Shown piece by piece: positions 24,027-36,393 of a stretch of DNA of 64,000 nucleotides. A program made the position numbers and the translations under genes. This DNA comes from Bugula neritina (lineage: Eukaryota > Animalia > Bryozoa), in the NCBI GenBank assembly GCA_964035545.1, contig OZ037765.1, positions 13,154,698 through 13,218,697 on the forward strand, written 5' to 3'. Position 1 is the stretch's first letter; each line of letters starts with the position of its first letter. Below the pieces are notes generated by a model. It did no database searches. It saw only the letters and a program-made list of their open reading frames with translations, and was not told the origin of the DNA.

Positions 24027-27000
24027 TCATTGAAAACTTTCGGACAAAATTTGCAGCATGATTAATAACTTGAAACTTTGCTTCTCTTGATGCTTACGAA
24101 CAGTTTTCTGCGCATTTAAAGTCTTTTGCTCATTCACAGTTGGCTGCCCATTTAAAGTTGTCTGCCCATCTACAGTTGTTTGTCCATTCAAAGTTGTCTG
24201 CCTATTTGAAAGTGTTTGCTCACTCATAGTTGTCTGCCCTTTCAAAGTCAGTTGCCCATTCAAAGTCATTTGCCCATTCACAGTTGTTTGCCCATTTAAA
24301 GATGTTTTCTGATTCAAAGTTGTCTTTCCATGCAAAGTTTGCCGCCAATTCAAAGTTGTCTGCCCACTTGAAGGTTTTGGCCCACCCATAGTTGTTTGCC
24401 GATTAAAAGCTGTTTGCTCATTCAAGGGTGTCTTTTCATTAAAAGTTGTCTGCCCACTTGAAATTACTTTTCCAATCAGTGTTGTCTGACTATCCGAACG
24501 TGTCTGTGCCTTTAAAGTTGTCTCCTCATTCCACGTTGTTTGCTGATTCAAAATTGTCTTCCCAATTAATGTTTGCTGTGTTTTCGAATTTACTTGTATT
24601 TCTGTTGTTGTCCGTCTCTTGATTGAGGACAGAAGACGTCCGGGTGATGTCACAGGCTGCCCATTTAAGGAAGTTGTCAGATGTAATCTACGAGGTGTCA
24701 CAGTTGACAGGTTGCTTGTTGCTGTTGAAGATTGTATAATATCTAATGGTGTAGTTGGTTGCTCACTTGTTATAACAGAGGCAGCTGAAGACGAAGATGG
24801 CTTATCTAGGGAATAGTAATAATGAAACATAAATCTTATTAATAATGTTATGATAATTGGAAAGCAATTTCAAAATCTATTGCTTCACTTATTACTTATA
24901 ATTAGGTCATGTATTTTATTCACTTCTATCACTATTATTTTACAGCTTTTTGAAAATTTTGAAATAGCTATGTTCAATTAATGTTTTTTCAATATTGTCT
25001 ACCAAATGCTGAGGCGAATGCAAAGTATTACCTGGAAGCACAATCCCTGTAATATTTGAGCCGGCCTCTCCAAGCTTAAAAATCATTTTTCCTGGTACAC
25101 CCACATTGCTGTCTGTTACTATGTCAATTATTGCTGGTGTCCTGGATTGTGGTGTTGCATAAAAGTTTCTTCCATCACCAGAATCAAATCCCACCTGAAA
25201 AATTACATTTTAATTATCGACGGCTAAGATTATGTTTTATTTGGAATATAACATGAATTCTAGTTGACATTAGCAATGAGAAGGGTATTTAATTTAATTG
25301 ATTTAATATGAGCAAGCTAAAGAACAAACAAGATTTTAAGAAAAATTAAGAAAAAATCCAAAATCATTACAAAATAGTTTCGTGTATACATAATACACTA
25401 ATAGACAATTGCCAGAGCTATACCTGTTTTCCAACTGCACACTTTTTATCTGCAGAAAATAAACAAATATTGCAGACTCAGATATTTAAATTGTTGCAGT
25501 AATGTCTTTAAAATATAGGTAAACCTCATCATTGTTTTACTTTGCATGATTAAGCTAAACTAAGCTTGCCCTGATACATGCCTATGCAGTGTATTGCCAG
25601 AGCTATAAACATGTTTTTAAATTGCATGCTTTTTATTTACATGTATCAATAACAAAATATATTGTAGACTCATATATTTGAAGCATTGCTGTGTTATTCT
25701 AAAAATATGGGTAACTCTCGCATTGTTTCACCTTGGTTAAGCTAAAGTAGGTTTACTCTTGGTACATGTAAATGCAGTTAATATGAATTTAGTCACCTGC
25801 GCTGGGGTTGATCCTGCTACAGATCCATTAAGCCATTGAATCTCTTGATAGTTGAATATAGCAAATGTCGCGATGCCATTTGATGCAATTATTGCTTGGA
25901 AGGTGTTGCCCTGATTTAAAATAACATTAACTCTTTATTATAAGAAGTGACATGCTAAGGACTGTATAATTAGTTTTTCTATTTCTCACCTATCTCCGCT
26001 TTGTCCTGTTCAGGTACCGGGAAGGACTGTATAATTAGTTGCTCAAGTTTAAAACTTACTTACAATCCAATTAATTTGCAGTCACAAAAAGATAAGGAAT
26101 CAATATTGCCTTTCCAATTAGCAGTTTCTTGTCTATCAAAAGATTGATAACTACCCAATAATTTACCAAGATCAGCATCAGATGGATAAATACAAGAGTT
26201 TGATATAATTTCACAAAAAACTGAGTTAATATTTACAGGAGAATTTTCAGGTGGTGTAACAGGGCATGGCCAAGCTCGTTTGTTAAAAGCTCTCACATCT
26301 TCCCAAGTTGCTATCATCAACCATGTTGCTTGAAATGTTACGTTGTATGCATCTCCAACTAATAAAAGAGAACTTCAATTTTTATAAGTGACAGTTGCAG
26401 TATTGTGATGACTTTGCGGGTTGTTATTGGAACCTAAGCTAGGAGAACATAAAGCTCTTTGTATTCAAAGAGGAGACATATATCCGGTTGTAGATATCTT
26501 TATTTATACACCTGTAGTAAAAGAAACTCAAGTGTGGCCTCGGACAATTAATCTTGGTAAGTAAAGATAGTAGTGTAGTCCTCGAGCTCCAGTGGTAGAC
26601 TGAATTTATACTGGAGGTTATATACACAGGATTTTCGAATTGCAGTGTCCGAATTCGGCCGAATTCAGACGTCCGGATGGCATTCGGGTGTCCGGGCATT
26701 CAGACATGCGAATGCCATCCGGTTCTGAATCAGAGTTCAGATTAAAGTCCAAATCAGACGGAAGTAGACGCCAGAACCCAGTTTGAGCGTCCTAATTCTT
26801 CCGAAACGGACACTCCAAAATTTGGAGTGTCCGAATTCGGCCGAAATCGGACTTACAAACCTGAACAAAGAAAAACTAAACAAAGAAACCTACACCAATT
26901 AATTATCATAATAATGCAATGATAACTCCCAAAATCTACTGCAGCATTTCATATTTTTGTAATTTTCAATTTCACTTGGAGGTCGAAAACATTCCCTATC

Positions 27001-30000
27001 ACACTGCCAATGTATAAACAAAGTATTAGTATTTTAATATTTATAAGTTGTAACATAATTTTATCCAAAAGAATTCAATTTTTGCTGTAAACTGTGTACT
27101 GAGAAAATGAAGCAATAGAGGCATAAGTTCTATAACATGCATCCATCATAAAATACAAATTCAACAATAAACAGTAGCCTACCGACTACTGAATTAATAC
27201 AATCAGTAAAAATAAATTCATGATAAATAGTATTGGCTATAGAAATTAAATTAGTACAACTATCTAAATAAAATTTACAATGTACTGTATATATAAGCAT
27301 ATGCTCACTATCTTGTGATGCCTTGAGTAATAAAGCTGGGTCTGTAGTTTCCCGAGACCATAATCTTCCTCCACGACACAGATCTGCATCTGCCCAAAAA
27401 GGGCATATCAGTGCAACATTTGCAGTTTTTAGTGGAAATGAATGCGGTCTATACTTTTTGAATGGTTTATCCAATGAAATACCTCCATTTGTACAAACCT
27501 TTGAAAAGGAAACAGCATATACAACTCTATATATCTTCATAAATTATCATGATTTCACCCTGACACCTCGATTTTACTTGATTAGATCAATACTATCAAG
27601 TATTTTTATAGCTTTGTAGAAAATACTAAAACATGCTTTAAAAATGGCTTTATCAATGTGTTCTTTTTGTTGCAGGAGCTTTTTGTTCTAGCTTTAAGTA
27701 AAATATTGTTTGATGAAAGCTTTTTGTGAAAGCTTTCGCAATAGCTTTTTACTGGTAGCTTTTGTTTGATGAGTCAGTACAGCTCAAGAACTAAAGGTGG
27801 AAAGTTTGCTTTTGTTAAAGTTGCAGGCAATTTAGACTGTATTGCCAAAATAATTGTAAGTTTTGTGAGAAATATAAACTGTTGGCATTAGGCAAAAGGT
27901 TGAGTTATGTCCTCTATCCATTCACCCTTCATTAAGTGAATCACAACGCATAGGCATCCGTGCTGGCACACCTTTTATTAAAGTAGCTTCTACATACCTG
28001 CCCAAACGTAGCCTAAATGTGCATTAGTAAAATTGAGTTAGCAATATTTTCCAACGCAATTGTGTAAAGATGCATGTATGAAAAGAGCTATTTCATACTA
28101 TAATATAATCCCCCCTCTAATTTGTCTTCTCACTATAGAGTGCAACAAAAAACAATCACTATTTATGGGAATAACTATAATATTTTATAAAAGAAAGCAT
28201 TTAAATGGTAAACGTCTTAAAATAGCCAATTAGTTGCTAAATAAAATTAATTTGGGAAAATTACATTTTGTATATTTACAATTGAATGAAATTAATTATC
28301 CTTTTTAGGGATTTAAATAACTTTTGTAATTATTAAATAGATGAAAAAGTCTTTCAAAATGTTTGTCAGTCGTATTACTCACTGGGTTATTGTTTTTAAG
28401 ATTATTATTAAAATATAACCTAATACCTGTACAGTAAATAAACTTATATCCTGTTGCTGCTGTAGATGTGTATAACTTATGTAAGTTGTGTTACTTCAAA
28501 ATAAATTTATTTTACCCATTATCTGTTTTGTACAACATTTGTATTTAACTATTTTTATATTTTATATTTAAACCTATTGAAAAGTTGCTACATATATGAT
28601 ATAAGTTATAACCCAATTGTGTATGTAACAACTAATGCAACAACTACCAATCTATGCATCCATTAACCTATTTTGTACAGTTTTTGCATTCAATGCTACT
28701 GTTATATATCTTGTATTTAGGCCAGGGCTGTCCAACAGGCGGCCCCAGGGTCGGATGTGGCCTGCAGCCTACATTTATGTGGCCCTTGAAGGCATAAAGC
28801 TAAAATTATTTTTCACACATATACATGAATTAAAGAAAAAACTACCTTTAAATGCCTTATTTATACACATGCTACAAAACATGCAGCCTGCAGTAACTAT
28901 TAAGGGACTCTACTGCGTAATGATTCATAAAGTTTTCGAATAAAATAGTCTAAAAAATGTTGATGCTGTAGCCCCCAGTTCAAACTGAAGTTTACAATGT
29001 GACCTTCGCCACCAAAACCTTCCCTTTCAGTGGCCCTCGGTCTGAAAAGGTTGAATACCTCTGATTTAGGCTTATTGGAAAGTTGCATTGGCAATGCACT
29101 TAACATAATATAATGCAACTGATACTAATCTAAGCACAGTTGTCAGTTAACACTAACTTATCATAAATTATCTTACATATAGTTTTGAATAACTTTTCCC
29201 AAAAAATGAAATGCTCTGTGTGTAGTTTGAATTGCAGTCATCATCTTTTGTAGGTGCTGGAGAGTCACCTTGTAAGAGTCCAAATGGATAGAGTGTATCT
29301 GTGAAACACAAGTTATAGAAATGTGCAGTTCAGAATATCTCTAATTCTTAATTATATGGATATAGTCACAAAGTATTCAATTTAACCTTATTTTACTAAT
29401 ATATTATGTTACTTGAAAACAGATTCAATCACTCGTGTTAAAATCACATATAGGCTATAATATATTAATGATGACTCTAACTAGATTTTAGTATAGTAAA
29501 ATAATTAATGTAAAATTATAAACTCAAGAAAAATAAGAGGAAAATGAGCTGACAAAACATTATAGTTCTGTGAGTTTTGATGTAGCATTAAGGTTCTTAA
29601 ATAGATTACATTATGTAGAATTGGACACTAGTATAACCATCAGATCTTTTCAATTGCACCACAGTTAGTAGGATTGATTGCCACATACTGTGTCCTTTTC
29701 TATAATAAAACAGTCTGAAGTAATCATAATCTTTCCTTTTTAATTTAGCTGCAACTAATCACAAAACTACAACAGAATCATGCAGGTTTAACCAGATACA
29801 AAAATAATAAAGTTGTGGGCTTACAGCTAACATGATATAAAGGTAGATAAAAACATGGTCTTAATCAAAGCTTTAAAAAATTCCATGATAATTTTTAAAT
29901 AATATAATATTTTCTAAATAGTGAAATGTTACTTACTGTTGCCAGTAGTCTCATCTATAGCAGTTGACAATAAAAAAGAAGTATATATCAGCAGATAAAC

Positions 30001-30024
30001 AACCTTCATGGTGATGTCTTTCAT
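24027..30024 (-). CDS. NIDO/hexapeptide protein, copy 3 (~525 aa), no TM, predicted secreted; exons 30024-29937, 29298-29177, 27498-27309, 26358-26237, 25910-25797, 25194-25032, 24805-24027
   Basis: Total 1578 nt, in frame; exon 4 is 12 nt shorter than in copies 1/2; about 25 hexapeptides; ends VRKHQEKQSFKLLIMLQILSESFQ*. Confidence 0.86.
26420..26990. mobile_element. Unclassified non-autonomous insertion with a hairpin and CCGAA/TTCGG palindromic array, intron 3 of copy 3
   Basis: Absent from the same intron of copy 4; hairpin gagctccagt..actggag (26584-26616) is shared with 50588-50622. Boundaries approximate. Confidence 0.6.
28723..29063. mobile_element. hAT-family MITE (341 bp)
   Basis: TIRs CAGGGCTGTCCAAC / GTTGAATACCTCTG; perfect 8-bp TSD ATTTAGGC (28715-28722 and 29064-29071); empty site atttaagcttattg in copy 4 intron 2. 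Confidence 0.88.
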
Positions 30025-31351
30025 AAATCTGACAAGTTTTGGTGAGCTATAAGTGATTATATAATAAGAATAGGCTATTAACTAATAATTATATCAAGTA
30101 GGTAGAAAGTTTTCAATATTAAAAGATAACAAGTTATTAAACATAAATGAGGTTGCTTAGTAGATCACTTTATCAATTATTACAGGTCAACAAGGGTGTA
30201 TGAAATTATTGGTTATATGTTGAAAATTTCATTTTAATAACTCTTGTGCTGTGTGTTAATAATATCCAAGGTCACACTAAGGTATTTAAAGCTCCAATGA
30301 TAAATCTAAAATATAGATGCTTCTTTTGTTTATCTCCCATAAGCCTGAATATTATATACTATTAACATGTTATGCACATGTAACTGGCCTATCAACAAAC
30401 GTGTTACTTATCAATATTTTAATTTAAGGTTTATCTGTTGAAAAAAATTACAATTATAATCAAAGTCAATAGATTAACTTAAAATTTAAACTTAAAACTG
30501 CCCCACCAATACCTTGCATGTCAATCATCAAGTGGTCAGCTTTATTCATATATAAAACTGTTGAACTAAGAACTGCATGTCTTCATGTTTTAACAACTGC
30601 TATTGGCTCACTGCTATTTACTCTTGGCATTGAAGTATTGTTGTTATTAATACTATCATTAATCATGTTCCTTTATATGATTTATATGAGTTGCAAAATA
30701 TTGTCATATTCTAGTATTTTTCATGGTGAAAGTCATGTTAATTTTAATAAATCAATTAAAGTAGTTCTACAAACCAACATAAATGCAACAACAAAACTTT
30801 TCAATCATATTCATGAGAGTTATGTAAATCTGCAAAAGAGTTGATATGAACAAAGTAACAATACACAAGGTGCCATTATGGCAATAGCTAACGCACTTGC
30901 ATGCATATATTATGTACCATTACTGGTGTTTACATTTCATATCAATCTTGGATTTATAATTTAGGTTAATTAGTATTAAGAGAAAAATTATTAGATGCTT
31001 GCAAATAAAGTTTTAGTAAACAAATGATAAGATACTGAATCTAAAGTTACTCATTTAGTGTCTCTATTTGTGCGCAAAAATTTAATGAAAGAGAATTCGG
31101 GCTGCAAATGCATTGCATGTCAAGCATCAAACACGACGGATACACATTGGAACTTTTATTGTATAAATCATAAAACTTTTAATCAACCATAATAATAAAA
31201 GTGAAGTGCTTAAAAACAGGAAAATATCATCTAAATTCCACAACATAAGCCATTCTGAATAAATTTGTATACAAATCAGCTGCAAGCATGAAACATGATG
31301 ACACTAATGCAAGATTTTCTGCCAAGCAGCTATATGCTCCAGTTTTGTCAG

Positions 31352-31635
31352 TGTGGTCACAGTGGTACATTTGAAGAAAGGAAATGGAACTTCTTGAACT
31401 TCCACAATAGCAGGTTGTCAACTATGTCACTCTCCAGCAATGGAGAGAACTTATTGAAATATTCAAAACTAATTAAGCATGAATCCCACCAAGAAAATGT
31501 TGACATTGAAATGTAACTAATCATTTGTACAGATATATATATTTTTATTTACTGTAGTTTGAAATAAGCTTTGCATAAATTAACCTGTTTAATTTTAATA
31601 TTGAGTAGTCTATAAGCTCAAAATACAGTTCAAGA
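31352..31635 (+). pseudogene. Decayed duplicate of the Nse4 last exon and 3' flank
   Basis: ggaacttcttgaacttccac, ccagcaatggagagaacttattgaaa and aatcccaccaagaaaat match 4631-4745; same junction as at 23679. Confidence 0.88.
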
Positions 31636-31683
31636 TGCTACAAAGTAAACTAGTTTGTCGAACTTTGTACCATAGATATAGAA

Positions 31684-34600
31684 TCATTGAAAACTTTCGG
31701 ACAACATTTGCAGCATGATTAATAATTTGAAACTTTGCTTCTCTCCATGCTTACGAACAGTTGTCTGCCTATTTGAAAGCATTTGCTCACTCATAGTTGT
31801 CTGCCCCCTCAAAGTCTTCTGCCCATTCACAGTTGTTTGCCCATTTAAAGATGTCTTTTGATTCAAAGTTGTCTTTTCATTCAAAGTTGTCTGCCCACTT
31901 GAAGGTTTTGGCCCACTCATAGTTGTTTGCCTAATCAAAGCTGTTTGCTCATTCAAGGGTGATTTTTCATTCAAAGTTGTCTGCCCACTTGAAGGTATTT
32001 TTTCATTCAGTGTTGTCTGACTATCCGAAAGTGTCTGTGTCTTTAAAGTTGTCTCCTCATTCCATGATGTTTGCTGATTAAAAATTGTCTTCCCAATCAA
32101 TGTTTGCTGTGTTTTTGAATTTAATTGTATTTCTGTTGTTGTCTGTCTCTTGATTGAGGACAGAAGATGTCCGGATGATGTCACAGGCTGCCCATTTGAG
32201 GAAGTTGTCAGATGTAATCTAGGAGGTGTCACAGTTGACAGGTTGCTTGTTGTTGTTGAAGATTGTATAATATTTAATGGTGCAGTTGGTTGCTCACTTG
32301 TTATAACAGAGGCAGCTGGGGATGAAGATGGTTTATCTAGTGAATAACAATAAACAACATTACTCTTCAATAGTATTGTGATCATTACAACACATTCAAA
32401 ATATCTGCTGTTTCACTTATTACTTAATTACTAATTATGTATTTTATTCACTTTATCACACTTATTTTATAGCTTTTTGGCATATATAATATATTCAAAG
32501 TTTTGAAATGGCCATATTTAGTTGATTATTTTTTTAATATGTTGAGGTGAATGCAAATTAATACCTGGAAGCACAATCCCTGTAATATTTGAGCCGGCCT
32601 CTCCAAGCTTAAAAATCATTTTTCCTGGTACACCCACATTGCTGTCTGTTACTATGTCAATTATTGCTGGTGTCCTGGATTTTGGAGTTGCATAAAAGTT
32701 TTTTCCATCACCAGAATTAAATCCTACCTGAAAAATAACATTTTAATTATAAACAGCTAAGATTATGTTTTAGTTAGAATATAACATAAATTCTAGTAGA
32801 TATTATTAATGTGAAAGGTATAATAAATTCAATTGATTTAATATGAGCAAGACAAAGAGCAAAAAAACTTTGAAGAAAATTAAGAAAATCTCAAAATCAT
32901 AACGAAATATATTTATATATTTATTAGACTATAGCATTACCAGAGCTAAACTAATATTTTCAAATTTCACACTTTTTGTTTGCAAAATCAAATATTGCAG
33001 ACTCAGATATATTTAAAAAGTTTCAGTATTACTTAAAATTAAAATAGAGGTGAACATTTTCATTGTTTCGCTTTGGCTAAGCTATATATAAGTTCACTCC
33101 TGGTACATGTAAATGTAATTAATGTGTATTTCGTCACCTGCGCTGGTTTTGATCCTGCTACAGATCCTATAAGCCATTGAATCTCCTGATAGTTGAACAT
33201 GGCAAATGTCTCGATACCATTTGATGCAATTATTGCTTGGAAAGTGTTGCCCTGATTTAAAAAAACAACTTTTGGTAAGAATTGACATGCTAAGAGCTGT
33301 ATAAATAGTTGCTCAAGTTTAAAATTCACTTAATTTATAATACAACTGATTTGCAGTCACACAAAGGATAAAACTTTGAAAAGGAATCAATATTGTCTTT
33401 CCAGCTAGCAGTTTTTGCCAATCAAAAAATAAACTACTACTCAATTATTTGCAAGGATCAGCATCAGATGGATAAATACAAAAATCATATTTTGAGTTAT
33501 GCTACAATCATCCACTTACACAACTTGTTTGTTGTTTTACTATTTGTTTGTAACAACAGTTTATTACAGCAGGAAGTAGAGTTCCTTCATGTTACTTCAT
33601 AATAATGTATAATTGTACACTGTCTATATAAATGGTTCAGTTTTATGGAATAAAACAGTTATGTTATAGCAGCACTGCCGAGTGTTGTGTCAGCTATAAT
33701 TGAACTGAAATAACATGCAATGTATTAAAATACTCACAGGAGAATTTCCAGGTGGTGCAACAGGGCACGGCTTTGCAAATTTGTTAAAAGCTTTCACATC
33801 TTCCCAAGTTGCTATCATCAACCATGTTGCTTGAAATATTACGTTATACGCATCTTCAACTAATAAAAGAGAAATTATGTCTGTTTACAAGTTACAGTTG
33901 GAGTATGTCATGTTTTTGTGATTTTCCACCTACTGCCCATGTATAAACAAAGTATTAGTTTGTTAATATTCACATAATTCTAACCAATTTAATTCAATTT
34001 TTGCTGCAAACACCGTACTGAGAACAGAAAGCAATAGTGTATAGTCTAATGACATACTTTCAATGTTAGGTTTAAATTCATAATAAATAATAATACCTAT
34101 TGAAATAAACTTAAAGTAAAATTATCTAAATGCAATTTTTAATGTACAGCATATGCTTACTATCTTGAGATGCCTTGTGTAATATAGATGGGTCTGTAGT
34201 TTCCCGAGACCACAATCTTCCTCCACGGCACAGATCTGCGTCTGCCCAAAAAGGACAAATCAGTGAAACATTAGCAATCTTTAGTGGAAAGGGATCTGGG
34301 TTAAATTTTTTGAATGGTTTATCCAATGAAATCACTCCATTTGTACAAACCTTGGAAAAAGAACCAGCAAATAACTAATCTATATACTTTTACAAGTTGT
34401 CATGACTCCAATGTGAGACTTAATGCTTTTACTTGATTAGGTCAGTATAATTGTTTACAGCTTTTTCTATAAACTATTAAAACATGCTTTAGAAAAATTG
34501 GCTTTGTCAATGTTCTTTTTATTAAAGTAGTTTCTTGCATACTAGCCCAAACATAACCAGTTTTCACTGTATGAAATCCTTTATTATATTAATTTATTTT

Positions 34601-35758
34601 TATTAATAACATTATAACCTAATACCTGTAGACTGTAGATTAAAACAAACTTATATGCTGTCCCTGGTGCTAGATGTGTATAACTTTATTTACTTCAAAA
34701 CAAATTCATTTCACCCATCACCTGTTTTATACAGCTTTTGTATTCAATGCTAAAGTTCTATTGTTATATCCAATATTTAAGCTTATTGAAAAGTTCTTAT
34801 ACATATAAACAAAATGTATTTAACATATAATGCAACAGTTGCCAATCTATAAAGCATAGTTAAATGATAGTTATATTTATCATCATAAATTATCTTACAT
34901 ATAGTCTTGAATAACTTTTCCCAAAAAATGAAATGCTCCGTGTGTAGCTTGAATTGCAGTCATCATCTTTTGTAGGTGCTGGAGAGTCGCCTTGTGAGAG
35001 TCCAAATGGATAGAGTGTATCTGTAAAACACAAGTTATAGAAATGTATAGTTCAGAATATCTCTAATTCTTAATTATATGGATACAGTCACAAAGTATTC
35101 AATTAAAGCTTATTTTACTAATATATTATGTTACTTGAAAACAGAACGCTCACATATGTTAAAATTACATATAGGCTATAATATATTAATGCTGACTCTA
35201 ACTAGATTTTAGTATAGTAAAATAATTAATGTAAAATAAATAAAGAAAAATAAGAGGAAAATGAGCTGACAAAACATTATAGTTCTGTGAGTTTTGATGT
35301 AGCATTAAAGTTCTTAAATAGATTACATTATGTAGAATTGGACACTAGTATAACCATCAGATCTTTGTGTTTGCACCACAGTTAATAGGATTAATTGCCA
35401 CATACTGTGTCCTTTTCTATAATAAAACAGTCTGAAGTAATCATAATTTTTCCTTTTTAATTTAGCTGCAAATAATCACAAAATTAAAACAGAATCATGC
35501 ACGTTTAACCAGATACAAAAGTAATAGAGTTGTGGGCTTACAGCTAATATGATATAAAGGTAGATAAAAACATGGTTTTATGTCAAAGCTTTAAAAAATT
35601 CCATGATGATTTTTAAATATAATATTTTCTGAATAGTATAAATTAGGACGTGCAGAATGTTACTTACTGTTGCCTGCAGCAGTCTCATCTATAGCAGTTG
35701 ACAATAAAAGAGAAGAATATATCAGCAGATAAACAACCTTCATGGTGCTGTCTTTCAT
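31684..35758 (-). CDS. NIDO/hexapeptide protein, copy 4 (~484 aa), no TM, predicted secreted; exons 35758-35668, 35020-34899, 34350-34161, 33859-33738, 33251-33138, 32727-32565, 32336-31684
   Basis: Total 1455 nt, in frame; about 19 hexapeptides; ends VRKHGEKQSFKLLIMLQMLSESFQ*. Confidence 0.86.
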
Positions 35759-36393
35759 AAATCTAACAAGTTTTGGTGAGCTAAGTTATTATATAATAAG
35801 AATCGGTTATTAACTAATAATTATATCAAGTAGGTAGAAAGTTTTCAATAATAAAAGATAATAAGTAATTAAAAAAAGAGGTTGCTTAGTAGATCCTTTT
35901 ATCAATGATTACAGGTCAACAAAAGTGTAGGAAATTATTAGTTATATGTTGAAAATTTCATTTTAATAACTCTTGTGCCAACATGATAATATTTGCTGTG
36001 TGTTAATAATATTCAAAGTCACCCTAAGAAATTCCAAGCTCTAATAATAAATCTAAATTATATATGCTTGTTGTGTTTGTGTTTCATATAACCTGAATAT
36101 TATATAATATTCTTATGTTATGCACACATAACTGGCTCATTAACAAGTGTTATCAATATTTTAATTTAAGATTTATCTGTTGAAAATATCATAATTATAA
36201 TCAAAGTCAATAAATTAACTTAAAATTTAAACTTAAAACTGCCCCACCAATACCTTGCATGTCAATCATCCATTGATCAGCTGTATTCATATATAAAACT
36301 GGGAAACCAAGAACTGCATGTCTTTCAGCCTTAACAGCTGATAATGGCTCACTGCTATTAACTCTTTGCATTGAAGTATTGTTGTTATCAATA

